Assembly (NCBI GenBank): GCA_963169515.1
Contig: CAUJEF010000096.1
Span: forward strand, 1 to 37,195
DNA: 37,195 nucleotides
Origin: Bdellovibrionota bacterium
GTDB taxonomy: Bacteria; Bdellovibrionota; Bdellovibrionia; Bdellovibrionales; JAEYZS01
Direction: 5' to 3'
This document shows positions 30,383 to 37,195 of the stretch, piece after piece; position 1 is the stretch's first letter; the number at the start of each line of letters is the position of its first letter. The notes under the pieces were generated by a model, which was given only the letters and a program-made list of their open reading frames with translations, did no database searches and had not been told where the DNA came from. The position numbers and the translations under genes are program-made.

Positions 30383-30501
30383 GTTTGAGCGGCTGCGGAA
30401 CAACTTTTTGACGGCCGTTTAAGAATTTGTTTACATCGCTTTTGAAAATCTCATTGTGACTCGATTTTACGATCTAAGCATTTGATTTTAAGCCGAAAAC
30501 T

Positions 30502-30517
30502 TGGTTTTGGTCTTGCA
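30502..30517 (+). promoter_or_regulatory. sigma54-like promoter
   Basis: TGGTTTTGGTCTTGCA, GG-N10-GC, before ATG 30535. Confidence 0.5.
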
Positions 30518-30534
30518 TCTTCTACAGATAGGGG

Positions 30535-30825
30535 ATGCACATGAATTGCGTTGTAAAAGTATTGATATTCGTAATCAGTCTAAGCTCTATTGAATCTGTT
30601 GCAGCTTCATCAAAAAAGTTCCACAAAGCGAGCTATGTTGTGAAAAACTATCCCAAGTTACCCAAGAAAATGCCTAAGCTAAAAATGAAGCAAGAACGAA
30701 TTGTGAAGACAAAGCGGGCCAAGAACGCTGTTGTAGCCCAGCCACAAATAAGCCGAAAAATTTCTTCAGAAAACGTAAGCGCAATAAGCGATCCGGCCGC
30801 TTTAATTCAAGCCTTGGCGGAATAA
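30535..30825 (+). CDS. Small basic exported protein
   Basis: Hydrophobic N-terminus, Lys-rich body. Confidence 0.6.
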   Translation: MHMNCVVKVLIFVISLSSIESVAASSKKFHKASYVVKNYPKLPKKMPKLKMKQERIVKTKRAKNAVVAQPQISRKISSENVSAISDPAALIQALAE

Positions 30826-30875
30826 AGAATAAATAGGTTGCGTGAGGGGAAGACTAATTATACACGGTACGATCT

Positions 30876-31676
30876 ATGTATACCGTGCGGTCCAAGCTTC
30901 AATATTCAATAATGCACCTTCTTACGATATTCTTGGCGGGAGTGTTGCTTCTGCGTTTTTCAGAGGCATCGTCTCCAAAAGGTGAGAAGTCTATTATGGT
31001 TATGGCGGCGTCAAGCTTGACCAATGTGCTTCCCGAAGTGGCCGCTGCATGGAAATCTCAAGGTGGCTATGATGTTAAGTTTAATTTTGAGTCAACGTCT
31101 CGTTTGGCTCAACAAATCGTAGCTGGCGCGCCAGTCGATATTTTTTTCTCTGCTGATTCGGAGTGGATGTCCTATCTAGGGGGAAGGGGGATGATTAATA
31201 CGGCATCTCGCACGGCACTTCTGTCCAATCGCATTGTTCTTATTGTTTCTTCTGATTCGACGTTTGCCCCCTCTTCCCCTGGAGAAATCTCAAGTCCTCG
31301 TTTGAAACATCTGGCCCTTGCTGGGGAGTTCGTGCCTGCCGGAAAATTTGCTCGGGCGGCTTTGAAATCAGAAGGCGTTCTGGAAAAAGTGCAAGAAAAA
31401 ATAGTGAATGCAGATAATGTTCGGGCAGCCCTTCAATGGGTTGCCAAGAAGGAGGCCGAGGCTGGGATTGTGTTTCAGACGGACGCAAAAGTTGAACCCC
31501 GGGTTAAGGTTACCTTTGTTTTTCCTGAGGCGAGCCATCCAAAAATTGAATACCCGGTGGCGGTGGTCAAAGGCTCAAAAAATTCCGAAGCGGCCATACA
31601 ATTTTTGAAATTTTGCCAGGGGAATAAAGCAAAAAAAATTTTTGAGGCAGCGGGCTTTACCGTTTTGACTAAGTGA
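30876..31676 (+). CDS. modA: Molybdate ABC transporter substrate-binding protein
   Basis: AASSLT, STSRLAQQI..GAP.D.F.SAD, VPAGKFA, NVRAAL, GIVFQTDA, I.YP; exact start uncertain (30876 or 30912). Confidence 0.95.
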   Translation: MYTVRSKLQYSIMHLLTIFLAGVLLLRFSEASSPKGEKSIMVMAASSLTNVLPEVAAAWKSQGGYDVKFNFESTSRLAQQIVAGAPVDIFFSADSEWMSYLGGRGMINTASRTALLSNRIVLIVSSDSTFAPSSPGEISSPRLKHLALAGEFVPAGKFARAALKSEGVLEKVQEKIVNADNVRAALQWVAKKEAEAGIVFQTDAKVEPRVKVTFVFPEASHPKIEYPVAVVKGSKNSEAAIQFLKFCQGNKAKKIFEAAGFTVLTK

Positions 31677-32383
31677 TGCAAGGAGTAAGTCCGGCCCAGG
31701 CGATCGAGCTTTCTATTCAGGTAGGAATTTGGTGCGCAGTACTGGGGTTGCCGGTTGCTCTGGGCTTAGGATGGATACTTGCGCGCTATGAATTTCGTGG
31801 AAAAATGCTGGTCAATATGGTGGTGTTTGCCCCCCTTGTTGTTCCGCCTGTCGTGACAGGATTCCTCTTGCTAGAGGTTTTCGGCCGGGCGGCTCCGATT
31901 GGTCATTTTTTCGAGGAGCTCGGGCTTCCGTTTTCATTCTCTCTTGCTGGAGCGGTGCTGGCGTCTTTTGTTGTCGGGTTACCTTTTTATGTGATGGTTA
32001 TTCGATCTGCATTTGAATCTGTTGATCCTCGCCTTGAGGAGATAGCTTGGACACTGGGGGCCCCACCAAGGAAGACATTTTTTAGGGTCACGTTGCCACT
32101 TGCCTTGCCAGGGATAGCGGCGGGAGCCGTGCTTGCGTTTGCCCGTGCGCTGGGTGAATTTGGGGCGACCGTTATTTTGGCTGGCAATATGGAAGGCAAA
32201 ACGAGGACTATCGCTCTGGCGGTGTATACCCTTCTTGAATCACCCAATGGGATGGATGCAAGTCGCGTGCTTGTTGTAGCGAGCCTCTTCATTTCGTTTG
32301 CGGCGTTATTTGGGTATGAGGTTCTTCTGCGCTGGCATCGCCGTCGGCTTGAGTGGCGTCATGACTGGGGAAATGATGTTTAA
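31673..32383 (+). CDS. modB: Molybdate ABC transporter permease
   Basis: PLVVPPVVTGF.LL, LEEIA.TLGA (EAA loop), FARALGEFGAT. Confidence 0.95.
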   Translation: MMQGVSPAQAIELSIQVGIWCAVLGLPVALGLGWILARYEFRGKMLVNMVVFAPLVVPPVVTGFLLLEVFGRAAPIGHFFEELGLPFSFSLAGAVLASFVVGLPFYVMVIRSAFESVDPRLEEIAWTLGAPPRKTFFRVTLPLALPGIAAGAVLAFARALGEFGATVILAGNMEGKTRTIALAVYTLLESPNGMDASRVLVVASLFISFAALFGYEVLLRWHRRRLEWRHDWGNDV

Positions 32384-32993
32384 TGTGGACGTAGTGCTCA
32401 AGCGGGAGCGATTTCAGATCAACGCGAAAATGCGCTCAGACTCTTCGGCCATTGCGATTGTCGGTCCCTCTGGAGCAGGAAAATCCACATTTCTTCGAAT
32501 TTTAGCAGGGCTAGAAAGAAGATCAATCGGTCGCGTTTTGTTTGATGGTAAGATTTGGCAAGACAGTGAAAATGGCACCTTCGTGCATCCATGGCAACGC
32601 CGTCTCGGATATGTCCCTCAAGATAGCTTATTAATCCCGACAATGACGGTTTTTGAAAACCTTTGCTTTTCTGGGGCCGACATTGGCGAGGCAAAGATCA
32701 TTGCCGAGCGCCTTGCAATCACGTCTCTTTTGTATAGACGACCACGGATGCTTTCGGGCGGAGAAAAACAGAGGGTGTCATTGGGACGTGCGCTTTTGGC
32801 AAAGCCCCAAGTGCTTTTGCTTGATGAGCCTTTCTCTGCCCTTGATCGTGACTTGCGTACTCGCGTGGCAAAGGAGCTCGTCTTAATATGTCATGAACGC
32901 AGGTTGCCACTCATCCTTGTCAGCCATGATCAAAGAGATGTAATGTCTTTGGCGCAAGAGGTATGGACTTTTGAAAACGGATTATTAAAATAG
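32373..32993 (+). CDS. modC: Molybdate ABC transporter ATP-binding protein (short form)
   Basis: GPSGAGKST, LSGGEKQRV, LLLDEPF, VSHD; ends right after the ATPase domain. Confidence 0.92.
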   Translation: MMFNVDVVLKRERFQINAKMRSDSSAIAIVGPSGAGKSTFLRILAGLERRSIGRVLFDGKIWQDSENGTFVHPWQRRLGYVPQDSLLIPTMTVFENLCFSGADIGEAKIIAERLAITSLLYRRPRMLSGGEKQRVSLGRALLAKPQVLLLDEPFSALDRDLRTRVAKELVLICHERRLPLILVSHDQRDVMSLAQEVWTFENGLLK

Positions 32994-33042
32994 AATTCAT
33001 GCTCTCGGCTAATATTTTTGTTCTCATTGTTCTCGAAAAACT

Positions 33043-33597
33043 CTAAAAACCCACCAGAATTCCGATTCCAAATAAAATAAATAGCGCGCTTGCAATTCTA
33101 TGCACCAATTTCATTGGGGCCTTTTCGGTAAACTTATGACCGAAAAAAACAGCAAGTCCATCGGCAACAAGCATTCCCATTGTCGTGCCTACCGTGACCA
33201 TCACAGGAGCCGCAAATTTTGCTCCTAGCGCAACTGTTGCCAGCTGAGTTTTATCGCCCATTTCAGCAAAAAAGAAAGCCACTATCGTTGTTGAGAAGGG
33301 TCCCCAGCCGTGCTTATCCTGGTAGCCCTCGTCTTTATCCGGCATCAACATCCACAACCCAAAACCGATGAATGTTGCCGCTAATGTCCACTTCAATACC
33401 TCTGCAGAGACGTAGTAAGTAATAAATGTACCTACAGAGCTTGCAAGTGCATGGTTCAAAAGAGTGGCCACCAAAATTCCCAGCATTATCGGAACTGGTT
33501 TGCGAAATCGCGCCGCGAGCACAAGCGCGAGAAGCTGAGTTTTGTCACCCATCTCACTTACAAAAACTAAAAGAAACGAATTTATAATTGCTTCCAT
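33043..33597 (-). CDS. TMEM165/GDT1 (UPF0016) family Mn2+ exporter
   Basis: Two EMGDKTQL motifs; multiple TMs; upstream Mn riboswitch. Confidence 0.95.
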   Translation of the reverse strand: MEAIINSFLLVFVSEMGDKTQLLALVLAARFRKPVPIMLGILVATLLNHALASSVGTFITYYVSAEVLKWTLAATFIGFGLWMLMPDKDEGYQDKHGWGPFSTTIVAFFFAEMGDKTQLATVALGAKFAAPVMVTVGTTMGMLVADGLAVFFGHKFTEKAPMKLVHRIASALFILFGIGILVGF

Positions 33598-33599
33598 GG

Positions 33600-33805
33600 A
33601 AACCTCACTTGCTTTGCCGTGAGGTCGGAAGTCTTTGGTCCCAGAACGAACCTTTTAGACACAAGACGACACGGCGTTGTTAAAACACCAGTGCCAGTCT
33701 CGCCAAGAAAAGCTTTCGCTTTTCCAAATGTGCCGGGGTTTAAACCCAGTATGTCGACACATCATTCCGATAAAAAATCGGATCGACTACTCCCTAACAA
33801 TCAAA
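33600..33805 (-). ncRNA. yybP-ykoY manganese riboswitch with expression platform
   Basis: Minus strand AGGGAGTAG (33795-33787), GTCGACATAC (33758-33749), TTGGCGAGACT (33706-33696); ACCTCAC/GTGAGGT hairpin sequesters the RBS. Confidence 0.9.
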
Positions 33806-33842
33806 GGGTACGGCATTAGGAGCATCAGTCAAGTAGCAGGTG

Positions 33843-34051
33843 GTTCGAACATTATAGAAATTGGCGGAGAGGGCCGTAAAGTAGGCGAACTCTCTGCCGT
33901 GGTTATATTTGAGTTTGAGGTTTATCCCGAGCCGAAAATCCTGACAAAAGCTGAGCTAACGCATTTAATGCGTTTACATGGCACCACTGTTGCGGTGGCC
34001 AAATTCCTTGGCTGCAGCCAGCCCCACGTGTCCGAACGATTAAACGGCTAG
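33843..34051 (+). repeat. Junction repeat copy 1: attP-like site plus headless HTH-coding tail
   Basis: TGGCGGAGAGGG core inside GTTCG...CGAAC symmetry; about 190-bp direct repeat with 35943-36138. Confidence 0.8.
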
Positions 34052-34569
34052 TGCTTTACAAATCCTGGGCAGGTATTTACCCATGCCTCGTTGTTACTGA
34101 GACATTTTTTAGAATTACAAATAGTATCGAGGGTTAATGCTTCGTAATTTACTTTGTGACGACCCAGGGGGCCAAACTGAATAAGTGCTTTTTGCTCCTG
34201 GGTGTTTTGAACATTTTTGAGTTCGTCACGAGCGCAAATTTTTACTTGTGATCCTGATTGCAGTATTTTTTCAATTCTGTGCTCTTGAGAAGAGCAGGTG
34301 TCTTTATCCTGATGTGTTGATTGCATAATCTCCAACACTTCATTTTTATCATTTAAAATGTACATGAAATACTGATGTCTCCAATTATTTTCAGCTTCAG
34401 CATTAAAAAAAAGGCAATTCTGTCGGACACGATTTGAACTTACCTGAATGACATGAAGATCATCTGCTTTGGTATGAAATGTTTCGATATTAAAAACAGG
34501 GGCGGACTGGCATCCGGCAATAAAAAGATACAGCGATAGCACGATGAATCTATTTTTTAAGCGTCGCAT
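34048..34569 (-). CDS. Cys-rich hypothetical lipoprotein
   Basis: Lipobox IAGC; six further cysteines; overlaps upstream SLT-like gene by 20 bp. Confidence 0.8.
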   Translation of the reverse strand: MRRLKNRFIVLSLYLFIAGCQSAPVFNIETFHTKADDLHVIQVSSNRVRQNCLFFNAEAENNWRHQYFMYILNDKNEVLEIMQSTHQDKDTCSSQEHRIEKILQSGSQVKICARDELKNVQNTQEQKALIQFGPLGRHKVNYEALTLDTICNSKKCLSNNEAWVNTCPGFVKH

Positions 34570-35227
34570 AGGCCTCCCTATATTTTTTGAGTCCAGCCTT
34601 TTTATATTCTGAATCGCTTTTTAATAAACCTTTGTATTCTAAAATTATTTCTTCGTGGCTTGGAGTCCTCTTAAGTTTACTTGCGGCAGTTTCTTTCTTG
34701 CGATGTAGCCACCGAACTGCCATTGGTATCGAGATATTCGGATCTTTGAGATCTTTTTGTCGAATATCTTTGAAAATAAACTCTTTAGCTTCGCCTTTCG
34801 GATCTTGCAGGATTTTTAAGGTTTTCTTTGTGATTTGAGCGATGCCAACTGCAATTTTTCTATTTCCAAGAGGGTCCGGGTTAAAATCAGATTCGCTTGA
34901 GATAAGCGCTTTTACGACATCTGGATCGAGTGGCGGATCGGCATTAAATTTCTTGTTAAAATAATCCGTCCATACGGCGATGACTTCATCGTACTTATCA
35001 GCACTTTTATATTTTTCCGTTAATTTTCCTTTGGTGGGATACGCAATTCCCTTACGGTCATAACCTTTAAAGATGGCCGCAATTTCGCCAGCATCTAAAT
35101 ATGTGCCTTTCAAGCGCCGCAGATGACGATCTCTTATCGTGATTCCCGTTGGATTTTTCTCACTCACGGGAATATGCATGGGATGTTCCCGAACAGTCGT
35201 GACTTTTTTGCGAGGCCTTTTAGGCAT
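34550..35227 (-). CDS. Lysozyme-like (SLT-domain) protein without signal peptide
   Basis: DPDVVKALISSESDF (catalytic Glu motif), AVGIAQI, L.DP..SI..AVRWL. Confidence 0.75.
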   Translation of the reverse strand: MPKRPRKKVTTVREHPMHIPVSEKNPTGITIRDRHLRRLKGTYLDAGEIAAIFKGYDRKGIAYPTKGKLTEKYKSADKYDEVIAVWTDYFNKKFNADPPLDPDVVKALISSESDFNPDPLGNRKIAVGIAQITKKTLKILQDPKGEAKEFIFKDIRQKDLKDPNISIPMAVRWLHRKKETAASKLKRTPSHEEIILEYKGLLKSDSEYKKAGLKKYREAYATLKK

Positions 35228-35265
35228 AACTTCAATTTATCTTAAAATATGTGAGCGCCTCAAGA

Positions 35266-35571
35266 TTAATAGTGCGGAATCACTGCGAGAATAGTGAGCT
35301 GTTTCGGCTTTGGGCCGTAGGCCCATAGTATTCGATGAGCTTGTGGTGTGTTGTTCTGAACATATGAACTAAATACTTTCAATCTATATACTTTTTCGAA
35401 TGCCTCGATAGGGTGGGAGTTCAAGCCTGGGTGCATGGGGTTACGAGATAAACTGCCTAAAGCCTTTTTCAATTGTTTTTGAAGTCCAACGCGTCCGGCA
35501 TCAGCCATGATGGCTTTAACCTGGAGCTCCGATTCGGCAGTCATTCTCAACTCAAATGGACCGTGGCTCAC
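35266..35571 (-). CDS. RelE/ParE-superfamily-like toxin
   Basis: 101 aa; L.RNP.HPGLNSH, RILW, LTILAVIPH pattern; directly downstream of AbrB-like gene. Confidence 0.65.
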   Translation of the reverse strand: MSHGPFELRMTAESELQVKAIMADAGRVGLQKQLKKALGSLSRNPMHPGLNSHPIEAFEKVYRLKVFSSYVQNNTPQAHRILWAYGPKPKQLTILAVIPHY

Positions 35572-35574
35572 AGC

Positions 35575-35820
35575 CTAATCAATCCAATCTGGCGGCACTT
35601 TTTTTGTTAAGCCTTTATTGAAATCAGAGACTGACTTTTTTAAACTTTCAAGAACTTCAGCTTCCGCCAAAGTTACCTTTTTCTGTGGAACAAGATGGAG
35701 CGAGCCGTCTTTTAACGACTCAATGGCAAATGACCCAACGTCCTTGCGAAGCTCTTTGGGGAGAGTAATCCGGCCACGCTCATCTATTTCTACTGTTTTG
35801 TTTTTTTTTCTTGCACCCAT
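35575..35820 (-). CDS. AbrB/MazE/SpoVT-family antitoxin
   Basis: VEIDERGRITLPKELRK swapped-hairpin motif. Confidence 0.85.
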   Translation of the reverse strand: MGARKKNKTVEIDERGRITLPKELRKDVGSFAIESLKDGSLHLVPQKKVTLAEAEVLESLKKSVSDFNKGLTKKVPPDWID

Positions 35821-35826
35821 ATCGCT

Positions 35827-35855
35827 ATTATACCCATTTTCCCAATGTGGGTAAA
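35827..35855 (-). promoter_or_regulatory. sigma70 promoter with overlapping operator for the AbrB/RelE pair
   Basis: TTTACC-N17-TATAAT ending 6 nt before ATG; TACCCA/TGGGTA inverted repeat at 35831-35853. Confidence 0.65.
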
Positions 35856-35923
35856 TAGGAATTTGTGGCGTTCGCCTACTTTAGCAGCTGAATTCATCCA
35901 ACGTAGTGAAGTTTATGGCGTAT

Positions 35924-36138
35924 TTTAAAAATCTATCAAAACTGGCGGAGAGGGCCATAAAGTAGGCGAACTCTCTGCGTTAGTTATATTTGAGTTTGAG
36001 GCTTATCCTGAGTCGAAAATCCTGACGACCAATGAGTTAAAGCGTTTATTGCGCTTATACGGCACCACTGTAGCGGTAGCGAAGTTTCTTGGCTGCAGCC
36101 AATCGCATGTATCAGTGCGGTTAAATTCAAAAAATTAG
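35924..36138 (+). repeat. Junction repeat copy 2: att-like site plus headless HTH-coding tail
   Basis: TGGCGGAGAGGGCCATAAAGTAGGCGAAC; colinear without indels with copy 1; in-frame stop at 35926-35928 and no ATG. Confidence 0.8.
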
Positions 36139-36140
36139 CC

Positions 36141-36170
36141 TTGCGCATTTGTAATTTATAAGTTACAAAT
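36141..36170 (+). promoter_or_regulatory. sigma70 promoter with palindromic operator for the toxin-antitoxin pair
   Basis: TTGCGC-N17-TACAAA; 24-bp palindrome ATTTGTAA(T)TTA/TAA(G)TTACAAAT at 36147-36170. Confidence 0.7.
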
Positions 36171-36175
36171 AGATT

Positions 36176-36520
36176 GTGGAAGTTAAGCCGAAGACTCTTG
36201 TCATCTATGAAACCGCAAATGGCAAAGAGCCATTCAATGAATGGCTTAATAGCCTTAAAGATAAACGAGTCAAGGCAACGGTCGATGCAAGGTTGATTCG
36301 GGTTCGTAAAGGCAATCTTGGTCTATGCCGCTCGCTGGGCGAGGGGCTATGGGAGTTGAAATTCGATCTCGGACCAGGCTTTCGAATTTACTTTGGGCAG
36401 CACGGAGATTCGATTGTCGTATTGCTGCATGGTGGAGATAAGAAAACCCAATCGCGGGACATTGAAACCGCAAAAACATATTGGCTAGATTACCTGAAAG
36501 ATCAGGGAGTAAAGCTGTAG
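36176..36520 (+). CDS. RelE/HigB-like addiction module toxin (HI1419-upstream type)
   Basis: GKEPF.EWL.SLKD, RL.R...GNLG, GLWELK.D.GPGFRIYFG, LLHGGDKKTQSRDI; GTG start. Confidence 0.92.
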   Translation: MEVKPKTLVIYETANGKEPFNEWLNSLKDKRVKATVDARLIRVRKGNLGLCRSLGEGLWELKFDLGPGFRIYFGQHGDSIVVLLHGGDKKTQSRDIETAKTYWLDYLKDQGVKL

Positions 36521-36531
36521 GAGTTTTAAAT

Positions 36532-36840
36532 ATGGCTCGTAATATGAAAAAATACGAAGATGATCTTTCTGCTCGTCTTAAAGATCAGGAATACGCCGTT
36601 GAATATTTAAATGCCGTTTTAGAAGATGCTGGCGATGATCAGCAAGAGCGTTTCTTGGTAGCTCTAAAAGATGTGGCTAAAGCCCACGGTGTCACGAGCG
36701 TTGCCCACGATTCAAATGTGGCGCGTGAGGCGCTGTATCGTGTTCTTTCAGACAAGGGCAACCCAGAGCTTGCAACGCTGCTTTCAGTTTTGTCGGCGCT
36801 CGGGCTTAAGCTTAGAATTGACTCGGGCAAGGCCTCTTAA
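36532..36840 (+). CDS. HigA-like HTH addiction module antidote (HI1420 type)
   Basis: AGGAG RBS; A.EYL...LE, FL.AL.DVAKA.G...VA, REALYR.LS.KGNP...TL. Confidence 0.92.
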   Translation: MARNMKKYEDDLSARLKDQEYAVEYLNAVLEDAGDDQQERFLVALKDVAKAHGVTSVAHDSNVAREALYRVLSDKGNPELATLLSVLSALGLKLRIDSGKAS

Positions 36841-37001
36841 AACGAATGCCGCTTACCGTGCGGCCCTTGCTTCTGCTATAGAGTGACAAGTCTCGCTCTA
36901 CCCATGTGAAAAATTCGTAAATTTCGCGTCAATGCCATTATAAGTGGTTTAAACACTGGCATGTTAATTTCAATAGACGATCTCCAAAACCAGGAGCCGT
37001 T

Positions 37002-37121
37002 ATGTCCAAATTAATGAAAATTAGCATTCTTTTGTTTTGCACAGTTGCCGTAGCTGACCTGCCCCCACGGTTTGTACCAGTACAATTAGTCTTTTCATCA
37101 AGCAACATGTATTTTCCCTGA
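37002..37121 (+). other. Short 39-aa ORF with signal-peptide-like start; small protein or truncated gene
   Basis: AGGAG RBS; MSKLMKISILLFCTVAVA; near-sigma54 motif TGGCATGTTAATTTCA at 36957-36972. Confidence 0.3.
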
Positions 37122-37195
37122 TGTAAAAGTTAATGGTGCTGGTGGTTTATAATTCAATGAGCTGTGCGGTCTGACATGATTGTAATGCTTCTTCC

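Noticed and set aside
33862..33898. tRNA gene on the minus strand
   Set aside because: Only the acceptor 3' end and a GTTCG are present; no D arm or anticodon arm
33863..33898. Integron attC site
   Set aside because: A hairpin can form but the RYYYAAC/GTTRRRY ends are missing and no IntI is present
33677..34051. 124-aa ORF as a complete gene
   Set aside because: Its 5' half is antisense to the yybP-ykoY riboswitch; only the part from about 33840 is conserved in the second repeat

Overview
Bacterial chromosomal window, probably Bdellovibrionota-like (inferred from gene order and the many orphan secreted proteins). 1-30.8 kb looks like core genome: small secreted ORFs, a 6S RNA, xseA-xseB-ispA-tlyA-patatin-like lipoprotein, pepP, a REP-flanked RAYT (HUH) transposase, HAD hydrolase/glpD, an mreB operon with ECF-sigma-like, anti-sigma-like and histidine kinase genes, a 1368-aa orphan, lpoB-COG3014-slt and a metzincin protease. 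Several sigma54- and sigma28-type promoter motifs precede the orphan exported proteins. From about 30.8 kb to the end is accessory DNA: modABC, a yybP-ykoY riboswitch-controlled TMEM165/GDT1 exporter, an SLT-like protein plus lipoprotein, and two type II toxin-antitoxin pairs. The best candidate for a new system is here. The cargo is split into integrase-less 2-3 kb cassettes by repeated junctions. Each junction carries a tRNA-Ser 3'-end core with serine-recombinase attP-like geometry, and two of them are followed by a conserved HTH-coding tail with no start codon. This suggests an integron-like cassette array built by a large serine recombinase acting in trans, which is an inference because no recombinase or tRNA lies in the window.
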